The notes: generated by a model from the sequence alone, not told the origin. 34,909 nucleotides of DNA from an uncultured Chthonomonadaceae bacterium (GCA_963835065.1 CAWIEK010000047.1:1-34909), one strand, 5' to 3'. Positions 18,002 to 29,251 are shown, counted from the first letter of the stretch. A program made the numbers and translations.

Positions 18002-20601
18002 ATGTATTTTAGAAATAAGCCCCATGCTCTCGTCACCTGCACTCTGACATTCAGCCTCAGCCTCAGTCTTGCCGCCGCGCCGATGGGGGCGCGGGCACAG
18101 CAGAACCCGACCGGGTTGGCTCTGCCCAATACGGCGCAGGTTCAGGACGTGTTTTCGCCCCTGCCGCCCGACCAAATCCGGCTGACGGGCGGGATGCTCG
18201 GCCCGCGTATTGACCGCAACGCCAAGAACCGCCTGCTTGCCGTTGATGAAGATGACCTGCTCGATGGTTTTGAGCGGCGCAATGTGCCGCATCAGGACTG
18301 GCAGGGCGAACACGTCGGCAAATTCCTCCACGCGGCCACCCTCGCCTGGCAGAACACCCATGACCCCGCCCTCAAAACGAAACTGGACCGCGTCGTCGCC
18401 CGCCTGCTCAAAACACAGGAACCGGACGGTTATTTAGGCACGTACCCCGCCAACAAACGCTGGACAAGCTGGGACGTGTGGATTCACAAGTACGACCTGC
18501 TTGGACTGCTCACGTATTATCAGTACATACAGGAAAGGAAAAGGAAACGGAAACGGAGAAAAGAGAAGAAGGCAGGGCAGGGAACAGAAGACAGAAGACA
18601 GGAGCCGCATCCACAATCGGCAAACGAGCAATCGGTGAATGCTGAACACCAACACCAGACACCCGACACCCGTTGCACTAACCACCCACCACCGACTACC
18701 AGCTCACCGCAGTTCTCACCGCTTGCCGCCGGATTGGCGACCTGCTGATTGCGACCTTTGGGGATGGGGCGGGGCAGCGCGATATTAACAAGTCGGGCGA
18801 GCATGTGGGCATGGCTCCCGACAGCATTTTGGAAGCGATTGTTTTGCTGTACCGGGCGACGGGGGAAGCGCGGTACGAGCGGTTTGCGCAGTACATTGTA
18901 AGCCATTACGACGCACCGGGCGGGCCGGCTATTCTTGCCAGTTTGGAGAAAACGCAGTCGGTGCGCAAGGTCGCCAACGCCAAAGCCTACGAAATGACTT
19001 CCAATTTCAACGGCATTTTGGAACTGTACCGCGTGACGGGCGACAAGCGCCTGCTGGCCGATATGCGGACAGCCTGGCAGGACATTGTGAACAACCGTCT
19101 GTACATCACGGGCAGCGCGTCCTCGTATGAGCATTTTCAGGATGATTTTCACCTGCCCAACGCCCAAACCGCCAACATCTGCGAAACGTGCGTAACGGTG
19201 ACGTGGGAGCAGATGAACCTGGAACTGCTGCGCCTGACCGGGGAAGCGCAATTCGCCGACCAATTGGAAACCGCCGTTTACAACCATCTGCTTGGGGCGC
19301 AAAAGCCGACGGGGGATGATTGGGCATACTACACGCCCCTGGAAGGCCGCAAGCCCTACGATGCCGCCACGACGTGCTGCCACTCATCGGGGCCGCGCGG
19401 CATTGCCCTGATCCCGGAATTCGCCACCATGACGAGCGCGGACGGCGGGCTTGTGGTGAATATCTACAACAGCGGCACGGCAACGCATATCCTCAATGGC
19501 TCCGATAATTCCGCCGCCGCTCCCGGCATCGCGCCGGGTAAAATGTCGTTTCGCAATACGGTTACACTGACGCAGGAAACCCACTACCCGCTCGATGGAC
19601 TGGTGAAACTGACCGTTGCCCCGACTCGCGGCGGCCAGAAGTTTCCCATACGCCTGCGCGTGCCCGCGTGGTCGAATGTGCAATCCCTGCGCGTCAACGG
19701 CAAAAGCGTTCGGCTGGAACCACTGGCAAGGGGGGCGCAGTACGTCACGCTCAATCAGGCGTGGAAGAAGAACGACAAAATCGAATTGAACCTGGGCGTA
19801 CCGATCAAACTGGTATTGGGCGATCACGAAAACGAAGGTAAAGGCGCGATCATGGCCGGCCCGCTGGTGCTGGCATTGGATTCCGCCCTGAACGCCGCGC
19901 CCCTGAAACGGCTGGAACTGGCAACCGACAACCCGACCAATTTCAAGCTGCTGCCGACAACGCAGACTCGTTCCTATCCTTACCCGGTTTTCACCGTAGA
20001 GGGGCATATCGCGGGGCAAAAGGAAGTCACGCCCCTGCTGCTGAACGCTTACGCGGATACGGGCGGGGATGGCAAAAGCCGTTACGAGGTGTGGATACCC
20101 CTGCCGGGACACGCCACTGCGGGCGGGCTGTCCGTGTTCAGCGGGGGGGTAATGAGCGCGTCCCGCACAGGCAATCAGTTTGAGAGCATTACGGACGATG
20201 ACGCGAGTACGTTCGCCGTCACCTACAACAACCGCCGCATGGAGCAGGATTGGTTTGCCGTGACAGCCGACAAACCCGTCATTATCAACCGGGTCGCGTT
20301 TATGCATGGCAAAGCGTTCCATGACGGCGGCTGGTTCGATGCCTCAGACGGTAAGCCGCAAATTCAGGCGCAGTCCACGCCCGGCGGCGCCTGGAAAACC
20401 GTTGCTATTTTGGACACTTACCCGGCCACAACCGCGACAAACGCGAAGGGGTTGAAAAACGGTCAGGAGTTCAGCGTCACGTTCGCGCCCATTGCCGCCG
20501 TAAGCGTTCGCGTGGTAGGCAAGCCGGCCTGTGGCGACAATCCCGCGCAATCCTTCGCCTCCTGCGCCGAATTGCAGGCGTTCGCGCCGCCATCAAAATA
20601 G
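18002..20601 (+). CDS. GH127 beta-L-arabinofuranosidase-like glycoside hydrolase with C-terminal discoidin/CBM-like domain; low-complexity insert and frameshift at about 18525-18710
   Basis: WQGEHVGKFL, DGYLGTY, KAYEM, CETCVTVTW, TCCHSSGPRG and GPLVLA motifs. ...LLTYYQY resumes as VLTACRRIGDLL in another frame. Confidence 0.9.
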
Positions 20602-20647
20602 TTTTTCTGAACCACCTGAAACCATAGAACCCTAAAACCTTAACACC

Positions 20648-22409
20648 CTAAAACCCTTTTTCTTCGGACACGCTGGCGCGCAGAAGCTGCTGTGGCGCAT
20701 CCTCCGGGGCAACCATTGCGCCGCGCAGCAGCAGTTCGGAAGGCGTGTCATGAGCGGAAGAGGCGCGCAGGAGGGTGGAACTGACGCTTTGCTGCTGCGC
20801 CGTTGTGTCCAGAAATTGCCGGGTTTCGGTGGCAAGGTTACGGATGCGCGTATTGCGCTGCGAAGTTGCAGGCAAGTCCATCAGGCGCTCGACGGCGGGA
20901 ATGGCGGCATGGTCGCCCACTTGCTTTAAGGCTTCCAGAATGGCCGTGATGAGGGTCTCCTGCGAACGGACGTTGCGCGGGCGCAGGATGTTGTACAAAT
21001 TGGCGCGCTGCCGGGGATTGAGCAGGTTGCCGTCGGACGCGGTCAGGCGCGGCAGCAGGCGTACCAGCGCTGAAGACGCGATGCCGCGTATACTCGTGTC
21101 CGGCCATTCCAGCGCTTCCGCCAGTGTGCCAACGCCCCGCACATCGTCCATTTGCGCCAGTTTTTGGGCTTCTTCCGACTGCCGCAGGGACAGCGTGAAG
21201 CGGTGCAATTGGGTGGAAAGCAGGCTTAAAATCGCCCAGGAAGCGCCCAATTTCCAGTTATGTCCCCATGTTGAGAAGGCCATGTACGCGGTATACGGCA
21301 CGATGCACAGCCACGAGGCCAGCAGAAAGCCTATCCTCATGCCAGGATTGCTGTGCCTGCGCTTTTCCTCTTCCAGTTTTTCCAGTTGTTCGCTGACTTT
21401 TTTGTTGACCGCCCGCGTTCCCGAAGACTGCGCAATGGTTTCCGCCGGGGCTTGAATGGGTTGGCCCTGCGCCTGCATCCGCGCCGCGTGTTCCGCTTCC
21501 AGCCGCGTTTCCAATTCCAGCAGGGATTTGCGCGCGGCATTGCGCACTTTGCGCTTCGCGCCCGGCCAGGCCCAATCATGCGCCAGACGATCCACAATGG
21601 GAACCGCTTCCTGATCGCCCACACTGGCCCACGCCGCCAGAATAGAAAGGTTCAGATGGACTGTCGCGCCGCCGATTGGCGGCCAGTTTCTGGTTCAGGA
21701 TAGCGCGATGCTCCGCGTTCAGCAGGGGCGCGTCCTCAGAACGCAGGCGTGGCAACAGGCAGGCCAGAATCTGCGCAGACACGCCCTGCACTCGCGTGTG
21801 CGGCGAATTGATAGCTCGCGTCAGGGGCGCGACCCAGCGTAAATCGAAGGGAGCCATGTTCAGCGCGTCGCGGGCATGCGCTTTGACGGTATGGACGTGG
21901 CCGGCTTTCCTGAAAGCCGCCAGCAACAGGGAGCAGGTAATCAGCATCCATCCATTTGTGGAAATCAGGGACGCAAAAATGCCGATACTCGCCACAAACG
22001 TCAGGAACGGCCACAGTCCGGCGAACCGGGAAGGCGTATGCACCAGATGCGCCAGCTTCTGCCAGATGGCCGCGTTCACCGTTTCCGCCTGCATCATTTC
22101 TGCCGTCTGCGTTGTCGGCGCAAACACCGATCCCGGCGGCGCGAACAGGGAACCGGCAGAGGCAAAGGGGGCAAGCGCGTGGGCATCGGCGGCAAGCGCC
22201 GCCTGCGCTTCTAGGGGAGAAAGCGCCGGATTGGGGTCGGCAACCGGCGACTTATAAACGGGATGCGGATACGCTGTGGAAGGCGTGACAACAGGAACCG
22301 TTGAGGACGGCAGGGTTACGGGCGATTCTTCCGTATTCTCTATCGTATTTAAGGCGAGCGGCGACTGCGGCGCGCGCCCCAAAGTCGTATCGGTTTCTTT
22401 TCGGTCCAT
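20648..22409 (-). CDS. Membrane protein with two HEAT-like modules, frameshift near 21660
   Basis: Duplicated module LLPRLRSEDAPLLN / LLPRLTASDGNLLN...VGD..A(V/I)P, each after a TM pair; C-terminal repeated LLRAS. Confidence 0.75.
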
Positions 22410-22592
22410 GCAAATATCCAATTCTGAGAACAGCCGCGAATAAACGCGAATGAACGCGAATATACCATCCTTTTTCGACGTTGCCCCGTCAAATCCTTCC
22501 TGCAAACGTTTGGAGGAAGCAGAATTTTGCAGAGCGTACCTTTTAGACGCTTCAACGCCTACCATCTGAACACCTGAACTGAGGAGAATTTT

Positions 22593-23096
22593 ATGCGACA
22601 CCGTTTCTTACTGCCTGTCGGCATTGTATGCGCCTGCGTTATTTTTGCGCCGCGCGTTCAGGCCGAGACTGCCGCCACTGCGCGTAAAACGATTCAGGCC
22701 GCTTACGATAAAGAAAACGCGGCAATCGCGAAAAAAGATTTGGCGGGCGCGTTTGCTGCCGATGCGCCGGATTTTATGGCGGGGGATAAGCAGGGGCATC
22801 AGGCGGCTTTGCGCGACCTGAAGCCGCAGATGCAAACGGTTTTTCAAAACTCTACATCCCTGAAAGCCACGACCCTGATTCAGAAATTCGCTTTCAAGGG
22901 CAATCAGGCGACGGTGACAACCAAAGTCCGTACCGTCATCAACTTAAAGGCTCCCAAAGGCGGCAAGCCGTCCAAAGCCACGGTTGACAGCGTGGAAGAA
23001 GATTTGTGGGCCAAAAACATGGGACAATGGGTGCGCCGCATTTCCACCGTGCTTTCGCAGACCATGACCAAAGACGGTAAGCCGTTCAGGGGTTGA
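22593..23096 (+). CDS. Secreted NTF2-like (DUF4440) protein
   Basis: GAGGAG RBS; signal peptide; IQAAYDKENAAIAKKD...EEDLWAK pattern. Confidence 0.75.
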   Translation: MRHRFLLPVGIVCACVIFAPRVQAETAATARKTIQAAYDKENAAIAKKDLAGAFAADAPDFMAGDKQGHQAALRDLKPQMQTVFQNSTSLKATTLIQKFAFKGNQATVTTKVRTVINLKAPKGGKPSKATVDSVEEDLWAKNMGQWVRRISTVLSQTMTKDGKPFRG

Positions 23097-23248
23097 TAGT
23101 TGATAGTTGATAGTTGAGATGCCTTCGCCAACAAGTATTTTCCGTGATGCTTCTTCTGGCGTTCGCAGGGTATCATTGGGGAGTTGAATCGTGGTTCGCG
23201 TAGACAACCGGAAGCGAGCCAACACTATCAACTATCAACTATCAACTA
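23093..23248. repeat. Heptamer tandem repeats (TTGATAG)n ... (CTATCAA)n in inverted arrangement
   Basis: 23093-23116 and 23224-23248; a further copy at 32692-32721. Confidence 0.85.
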
Positions 23249-23260
23249 AGGACTACTTTC

Positions 23261-24241
23261 ATGGCTTACGACGTATTCGGCATGTGTAACCCGCTGTATG
23301 ATATTCAGGCGGAAGTCAGCGACGCGCTGCTGCGCGAAACCGGGTTTCAAAAGGGCGGCATGTTTCTCATCGAGTCCGAGCAGCAGGATGCGCTTGTCGG
23401 GCATATCACGCCCTACATTGTCAACGCGGCATCGGGCGGATCGGGCGCGAACACGATGATCGGGCTGGCGCAACTGGGCGGCAGCGCGTGTTATGCGGGC
23501 AAAATCGGGCAGGACGCGCATGGCGAACTGTACACGGCGAAATTGCAGGAAAAGAACGTGACCGTCAGCGTGGGAACGGGGCAGGGCACAACGGGCATTT
23601 GCGTGGTGCTGGTCACGCCGGACGCGGAGCGGACGCTTTGCACGTATCTGGGCATTTGCCGCGAACTTGGGCCGGGGGATGTGGCGCTGGACGCCATTCG
23701 CCAGAGCAAGTACATTTATGTGACGGGCTACCTGTGGGACACCGATTCGCAAAAAGAGGCCGTGCTGCTGGCGATGCGAACGGCAAAAGAAGCGGGCGTG
23801 AAGGTGTCGCTGAGTCTGTCCGACCCCTTCTGCGTGAACCGGCACAAGGCGGACTTTCTGAACATCACCCGCGAGTACGTAGACCTGCTCATCGGCAACG
23901 ACGAGGAAGCGCAGCAATTGACGGAAACGGACAACCCGCATGACGCCATACGCGCCACGTCGGATTTGTGCGATATGGCGGTGGTGACGATGGGCGCGCG
24001 GGGCGCGCTGCTGCGTCGCGGCAATGAGATCGTGGAAGTGGCGGCGTACAAAGTTCAGGCCATTGACACAACGGGCGCGGGCGATATGTACGCGGCGGGC
24101 ATTTTGTACGGCCTGACGCACGATTTGCCGCTGGAAAAAACGGGCAAGCTGGCCGCGTATCTGGCCGCGCAGGTGGTGGCGCATCTCGGCCCGCGTTTGG
24201 AAACTCTTGATGCCGAAGCCGTCGCCGCCATTTGCGCCTGA
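23261..24241 (+). CDS. PfkB family carbohydrate/adenosine kinase
   Basis: GGSGANT, GKIGQD, ERTLCTYLG, GNDEEA and IDTTGAGDMYAAG motifs. Confidence 0.93.
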   Translation: MAYDVFGMCNPLYDIQAEVSDALLRETGFQKGGMFLIESEQQDALVGHITPYIVNAASGGSGANTMIGLAQLGGSACYAGKIGQDAHGELYTAKLQEKNVTVSVGTGQGTTGICVVLVTPDAERTLCTYLGICRELGPGDVALDAIRQSKYIYVTGYLWDTDSQKEAVLLAMRTAKEAGVKVSLSLSDPFCVNRHKADFLNITREYVDLLIGNDEEAQQLTETDNPHDAIRATSDLCDMAVVTMGARGALLRRGNEIVEVAAYKVQAIDTTGAGDMYAAGILYGLTHDLPLEKTGKLAAYLAAQVVAHLGPRLETLDAEAVAAICA

Positions 24242-24357
24242 AGCCAATCCCATTCAGCCGCAAATACACGCACATTGACGCGAATGAGCCGTCAACTTCA
24301 ACCATTGAAATTCGGCATGAGAAGAAGCGTGGTTCCGGCAAAGGAAACTCTGTCGTT

Positions 24358-25185
24358 ATGGGTAAACAGATCGCATTTGGATGGTACGGCGGGAAGTTCA
24401 GTCATCTGGATTGGCTGCTGCCGTTGCTGCCGGAAACGCCGCATTTTTGTGACGTTTTCGGCGGCTCGGCAGCCGTTCTTATCAACCGCCTGCCTTCGCC
24501 CATAGAAACCTACAACGACATTGATAAGGAATTAGTCAACTTCTTTCGCGTGTTGCGCGACCAGAAGGAAGCCTTGATTGAAGCCATCGGCCTGACCCCC
24601 TTTTCTCGTGAAGAACTTGCCCTTGCCAGTTCCAAAGAGGTCAACAAAGGAGTTGAGAAAATTTCTGATCTGGAACGCGCCCGGCGCTTTTTCGTGCGGG
24701 CGCGGCAGGTACGCACAGGATTGGCGCAGACAGCAAGCGCGGGCCGATGGGCGCATTGCGTTTTGACCAGTCGCGCGGGCATGGCTGGAGCCGTTTCGCG
24801 TTGGCTGGGCAGCGTGGAAGATTTGGCTCCCATCGCGCAGCGCCTTCTCCGCGTTCAAATAGAAAACGCGCCCGCTCTGGAAGTTATTCAGAGGTACGAT
24901 ACCGAACAAACGCTCTTTTATTGTGATCCTCCCTACTTGCACAGCACACGCGGCGATTCCAAAGCCTACGCGCATGAAATGACGGACGATGAACACCGTA
25001 AACTGGCCGTTGCGCTGCATACCGTCAAAGGTAAAGTGGCTTTGTCCGGCTACCATTGTCCTTTGATGCAGGAACTATATTGTGACTGGAACTGCATCGA
25101 AGCCCCTGCCAAACTATGTCATTCCGTGAAAACCCTGCGCACTGAAGTTCTCTGGACCAATTACGATCTTCCCACACTTCTGTAA
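24358..25185 (+). CDS. D12-class (Dam-like) DNA adenine methyltransferase
   Basis: WYGGK, DVFGGSAAV, ETYNDID and FYCDPPY motifs. Confidence 0.93.
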   Translation: MGKQIAFGWYGGKFSHLDWLLPLLPETPHFCDVFGGSAAVLINRLPSPIETYNDIDKELVNFFRVLRDQKEALIEAIGLTPFSREELALASSKEVNKGVEKISDLERARRFFVRARQVRTGLAQTASAGRWAHCVLTSRAGMAGAVSRWLGSVEDLAPIAQRLLRVQIENAPALEVIQRYDTEQTLFYCDPPYLHSTRGDSKAYAHEMTDDEHRKLAVALHTVKGKVALSGYHCPLMQELYCDWNCIEAPAKLCHSVKTLRTEVLWTNYDLPTLL

Positions 25186-25197
25186 AGAGAGTTTCCA

Positions 25198-26316
25198 ATG
25201 CCGACCCCGCCGGAGATACTTGCCAGTGCTTTTGCGCGCGCTCAAAATGCCGATGAACACGCTCTGATTGACAATGCAGAGGTTACGCGGCGCATCGAAC
25301 TGGTATGCAGAAACCTAACAAACCGCGCTCTGGCGCGAGTTCTTCTTGCCTGCGCTCTGGCAAAAGTTTATAAGCCGGATGTGGATATTCGCAAGCCCTA
25401 CACGCAGATTGGCAATCCTGACGCTTACTCCGGGCGCGCGTATGATGAAACTTATATCACATCTTTTGTTTTTGAACACAATCTTCCCTGTAACCAAACA
25501 ACTGCTTTTCTGACGCCCGCTCTGCGCAATAGAAATGCAACGCTTACTGTACAGACAAATTTAGTCGGGCGACCTCCGACGCTTTATCAGGCTGTGCTGG
25601 AACTGCTGAACGATGTTCATACGCAAGTTATCTCTGCCGAAGACTTGTTAGCAGAAACGATGCGCTGGCTACTGGTTGTTCAAGCAGAAAAGCGCAAGCG
25701 CATGGATGCCTTACTGGTAAGTTTGCGCTCGGCAGAAGGCGCGGTTCCGCTTTCAGCGGAAGCAATCATCACTTTGATTGCGCAGCACTTGCAGTGTCGG
25801 GGAGCAAGCCGCCTGCCTGTTCTCATTGTTGCCGCCGCGTATAAAACTGCTGAAGCGCAGCTTGGTGAACGCATCTTACCGCTACAAGGCCACAATGCTG
25901 CCGATAGGCAAACGGGAACGGTTGGCGATGTCGAAATTACTCTGGTCAGTGACGATAATGTTGTCACTGGCTATGAGATGAAAATGAAGAAAGTGACGCG
26001 CGAAGATGTTGATATTGCGCTCCAAAAAATTGTAGCGCGCGGCATACAAAACTACATTTTCATCACCACGGAAGCTGCTGAAGCAGAGGTTCAGGAGTAC
26101 GCCGCCAGTCTTTACGAAGCGACAGGAGGAGTTGAGATTGTGGTACTGGACTGTTTGAGTTTCCTGCGCTACTTTCTGCATCTCTTCTATCGTTTGCGAA
26201 GTCAGTACGTAGATGTTTACCAGTCGCTTGTGTTGGCTGAACCGGACAGCTCTGTAAGCCAGCCGCTAAAAGAAGCATGGCTTGCGCTGCGGCAGGCGGC
26301 GGAGAGTGACGCATGA
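25198..26316 (+). CDS. Putative type II restriction endonuclease (SacI-like)
   Basis: 12 bp after the methylase; lower GC; YSGRAYDE, GASRLPVL and HNAAD..TGTVGDVE...GYEMK (D..ExK catalytic pattern). Confidence 0.8.
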   Translation: MPTPPEILASAFARAQNADEHALIDNAEVTRRIELVCRNLTNRALARVLLACALAKVYKPDVDIRKPYTQIGNPDAYSGRAYDETYITSFVFEHNLPCNQTTAFLTPALRNRNATLTVQTNLVGRPPTLYQAVLELLNDVHTQVISAEDLLAETMRWLLVVQAEKRKRMDALLVSLRSAEGAVPLSAEAIITLIAQHLQCRGASRLPVLIVAAAYKTAEAQLGERILPLQGHNAADRQTGTVGDVEITLVSDDNVVTGYEMKMKKVTREDVDIALQKIVARGIQNYIFITTEAAEAEVQEYAASLYEATGGVEIVVLDCLSFLRYFLHLFYRLRSQYVDVYQSLVLAEPDSSVSQPLKEAWLALRQAAESDA

Positions 26317-26834
26317 CAACCTATTTGGAAACCGAGCGGCTGCGGATACGGCAGTTTACGCCGGAGGATGTTGACAATCTGGTGGAACTGGACAGCGACC
26401 TGGAGGTACGCCGCTTTCTCGACATGCCCAATGCGCCGACACGTGAAGAGGCGCAGCAAACTCTTGCCCGGTTTATGGACTGGTATGCGAAAGGCGAGAT
26501 GTACGGGTATTGGGCGTTGGAGGAGAAAGCAAGCGGCGCGTTCATTGGGTGGTTCCATTTTCGTCCGTTTCGGTCCAATCCTCAGGAAATCGAACTCGGC
26601 TACCGGCTGAAACAAGCGTATTGGAACCGGGGGTATGCAACGGAAATGTCACGCGCGCTGCTGCGCAAGGGGTTTGAGGAAGCGAACTTGCCGCGCATTG
26701 TAGCGGTCACGCTGGAAGCCAACCTCGCGTCGCAGCGCGTGATGACCAAACTTGGCATGACACTGGAAGAACGCTATCTGTACGACAATCGCCTGCCCGC
26801 CGTGAAGTACGGCATCAATCGGGGTGATTGGTGA
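26313..26834 (+). CDS. GNAT N-acetyltransferase, RimJ/RimL type
   Basis: LETERLRIR, ELGYRL..YWNRGYATE and NLASQRVMTKLGM motifs. Confidence 0.93.
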   Translation: MTTYLETERLRIRQFTPEDVDNLVELDSDLEVRRFLDMPNAPTREEAQQTLARFMDWYAKGEMYGYWALEEKASGAFIGWFHFRPFRSNPQEIELGYRLKQAYWNRGYATEMSRALLRKGFEEANLPRIVAVTLEANLASQRVMTKLGMTLEERYLYDNRLPAVKYGINRGDW

Positions 26835-26940
26835 CTGGTGATTGGTGGTTGGTTGCTTGTTCCCGAAAAATGCTTCTCTGATTTAGTCAGCAATTAAATT
26901 ATTCAAGAATCAGTCACCAACACCAATCACCAACCACCAG
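26823..26940. repeat. Heptamer repeats (GGTGATT-like) in inverted arrangement between convergent genes
   Basis: GGTGATTGGTGACTGGTGATTGGTGGTTGG versus CAGTCACCAACACCAATCACCAACCACC. Confidence 0.8.
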
Positions 26941-27565
26941 CCTCTATCAACCGCGCGGACTCCGCGACGTTGTAAACCTCTGTATTGCCGATACGCGCCT
27001 GTCCCCAACTCTCGTGAACGTGTCCGCAAATGACGAGGCGAGGCGCATGGCGGGCGATGTATTCGGCAAGAGCGGGGGAACCGTAGTTTTCCTTGCCACG
27101 ACCAATTACCCATCCGCCGGTGTCAAGTGTGCCATACGGCGGGCTGTGCGAAATGAGAATGTCTACGGCTTCAAACTGGAACGCCGCTGTTTCCACCGCT
27201 TCGTCCGCCGTCATGTAATCCCATTGTTCCGCCAGTTCCGGGAGGGTGTAGCAGGTGGACAGGCTGACGCCGCGCCATGTGAAGCCCTCATGCGCGATTG
27301 TACGGTTCAGCAGGCAGGTTACGTTGTCGGGCGAGCCGAATGTGGAGGCCGTGACGCCGATGTCGTGATTGCCGGGAATCCAGAAGGTCACGTAGCGCTG
27401 CCCTAAATCGGTCAGCCACCACCGCGCAGCCGCAATGCCGCTCGGACGCCGCATCCCGTAGTTGGTCAGGTCGCCCGCAACCACGCACACGTCGGCGTCG
27501 GGCAAATCCTCCACGCGGAATTCGTCAAAGCGGTCATGCACATCGGAAATGGCAAGAATGTTCAT
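26927..27565 (-). CDS. Calcineurin-like metallophosphoesterase
   Basis: ISDVH, AGDLT, PGNHD, SHSPP and CGHVHE motifs. Confidence 0.93.
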   Translation of the reverse strand: MNILAISDVHDRFDEFRVEDLPDADVCVVAGDLTNYGMRRPSGIAAARWWLTDLGQRYVTFWIPGNHDIGVTASTFGSPDNVTCLLNRTIAHEGFTWRGVSLSTCYTLPELAEQWDYMTADEAVETAAFQFEAVDILISHSPPYGTLDTGGWVIGRGKENYGSPALAEYIARHAPRLVICGHVHESWGQARIGNTEVYNVAESARLIEAGGW

Positions 27566-27608
27566 GGTGAGAGGTTCGTAAAGTGAGAGGGCATAACAGG
27601 CGCAAAAG

Positions 27609-27790
27609 CGAACCATCAACATTTCGGGTGACTGCTCCACTTGCAAATGCAAGCGGCTTTTATCCCGTCTCAACGGGAACGCTGTGCAGTCCCACAGCGG
27701 CAATACCATTCTCCACAAAGTCTTGGAAGCCTTCCGGCACACTCATCTTGAGTGACCGTAATGCCGCATGGAGAATGTTGGTAGCGGCAT
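27609..27790 (-). ncRNA. Predicted TnpB omegaRNA (reRNA) with guide at 27627-27609; 5' end estimated
   Basis: Right-end architecture ...GGACTGCACAGC...AAGCCGCTTGCATTTGCAAGTGGAGCAGTCAC: subterminal hairpin with TCAC end at 27628, then CCGAAATGTTGATGGTTCG. Confidence 0.72.
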
Positions 27791-28862
27791 TGATGTCCCT
27801 ATTTAGCGACAAGCCGCATTGTGGGCAATCATGCCAACGTTTCGATAGGTTCTTGGGAACATGGCAGCCACAACCGGAACACATCTGACTGGTGCCGCAT
27901 GGATTTACAGCCATCATCTGCCGACCGGCTCTTGCAGCCTTCTCCGACAAAACGCGATGGAACAAAGCCCATGCCGCATCCCCTATGCTCTTGGCAAGGC
28001 AATGGTTGCCTTGCATGTTTTTGATACGAAGATTTTCAACCGCAATGAATCCAAAGCGGTTGACCAACTTTCTGGCTGTTTGATGCGCAAAGTTGTGTCG
28101 GCGGTTTCGGATGCGCTCATGGATGCGACGTACCACTTTTTGCGCCTTCGCTCTCGCCTTGCTGCCCTTTTTCTGCTTATTGTGCTTGCGTTGAGCGGTC
28201 GCAAGAGCCTTTTCTTCCTTGCGGAAGAAGCGGGGATTGTCTACAAACTCTCCATTTGAAAGCGTGGCAAACTTTGACAAGCCAACGTCTATGCCAACCT
28301 GTTCCTGACTTTCCGTAAGTTCTTCTTTTTGTACTTCGTAGCATAAACAGGCGTACCATTTATCACCCTGTCGCCGAACCGTACAGGTTTTCAGTATTCC
28401 CTCCACTCGCCGATGCACGACTGCTTTGATAACGCCAATTTTGGACAACGTGACAGTGTTGTTTTCAACAGTAAATCCCCTCTGCGGATAGCAGAAACTA
28501 TCATACTGCTGTTCGCTCTTGCTGCGCGGATAACCGGGCCTGTCGCCTTTTTCAATTCTGCGAAAAAACGCGGAATAGGCCAACTCAACCCGTCGTACTA
28601 CATCTTGCAGGGTCTGACTGAAAACGGCGCTCAACTCCGGGTGCGCGGGAGAAAGGTCGGAGGTAAATTGCTTCTTCCATATTGGTAAAGCCGCTTGCTG
28701 CTCGTGGCGCGATACAGACTTATGTTCCGTTTCCCAGGCATACTTACGCCAATGAAGAAGCGAGTTGTATACTTCGCGGCATATATTCAGCGTCCGCCGC
28801 AAAATGGTTTCCTGCGCCGCAGATGGATACAAGCGAATTTTAGAACACAGGTGAAACAGCAT
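27660..28862 (-). CDS. tnpB: TnpB RNA-guided endonuclease (IS200/IS605 OrfB), no adjacent tnpA
   Basis: KIRLYPS N-terminus; PGYPRSK; RuvC VGIDVG, IAVENL and NRDINAA; Zn ribbon CSGC..CPQC. All three acidic catalytic residues are present. Confidence 0.95.
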   Translation of the reverse strand: MLFHLCSKIRLYPSAAQETILRRTLNICREVYNSLLHWRKYAWETEHKSVSRHEQQAALPIWKKQFTSDLSPAHPELSAVFSQTLQDVVRRVELAYSAFFRRIEKGDRPGYPRSKSEQQYDSFCYPQRGFTVENNTVTLSKIGVIKAVVHRRVEGILKTCTVRRQGDKWYACLCYEVQKEELTESQEQVGIDVGLSKFATLSNGEFVDNPRFFRKEEKALATAQRKHNKQKKGSKARAKAQKVVRRIHERIRNRRHNFAHQTARKLVNRFGFIAVENLRIKNMQGNHCLAKSIGDAAWALFHRVLSEKAARAGRQMMAVNPCGTSQMCSGCGCHVPKNLSKRWHDCPQCGLSLNRDINAATNILHAALRSLKMSVPEGFQDFVENGIAAVGLHSVPVETG

Positions 28863-28939
28863 CAGAAACGTTCCGGTTATGAGAGCGCAATCTTGATGTA
28901 ATAAACAACAATTCACGCAAAATTAGGAAAGTGTCTGCC

Positions 28940-29004
28940 AAACAATAAATCGGCATAGCGTTCTTCCTACCCTTACTATGAAGTAGAAATTTCACTATGC
29001 CGAT
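28940..29004 (-). terminator. Long hairpin with U-rich tail between the tRNA and tnpB
   Basis: ATCGGCATAG/CTATGCCGAT 10-bp arms (28949-28958, 28995-29004) with an inner stem, followed by TTATTGTTT on the - strand. Confidence 0.6.
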
Positions 29005-29016
29005 GGGGAGTTGGTA

Positions 29017-29088
<72 letters not shown>

Positions 29089-29163
29089 TCATGTTTCATT
29101 CGCACTCATAAAGTTGATTCCGATGCAGTTGACTGCTTAAAACCCCCTTCTAAGGTTGGAAAT

Positions 29164-29251
29164 ATGATAGCACAGACCGCCTTATTCTGTCAAGCTGAAA
29201 GTTTGCGCATTTGCCTGAGCGTTGACGCCGAATTGCGCGATATGCTATACT
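29164..29251. promoter_or_regulatory. Divergent sigma70-type promoters for the tRNA (-) and lpdA (+)
   Basis: - strand TTGACA(29193-29188)-18-TATCAT with TGn; + strand TTGACG(29222)-18-TATACT with TGn. Confidence 0.7.

Noticed and set aside
18525..18712. Self-splicing intron or intein in GH127
   Set aside because: Low-complexity sequence with no group I/II boundaries and no intein C/S...HN motifs.
27660..28862. Nuclease-dead TnpB (TldR) or Cas12f/CRISPR system
   Set aside because: All three RuvC acidic residues are present, and there is no repeat-spacer array.
29012..29016. Encoded CCA end of the tRNA
   Set aside because: CCA is separated from the discriminator G by TA, so it is not the mature 3' end.
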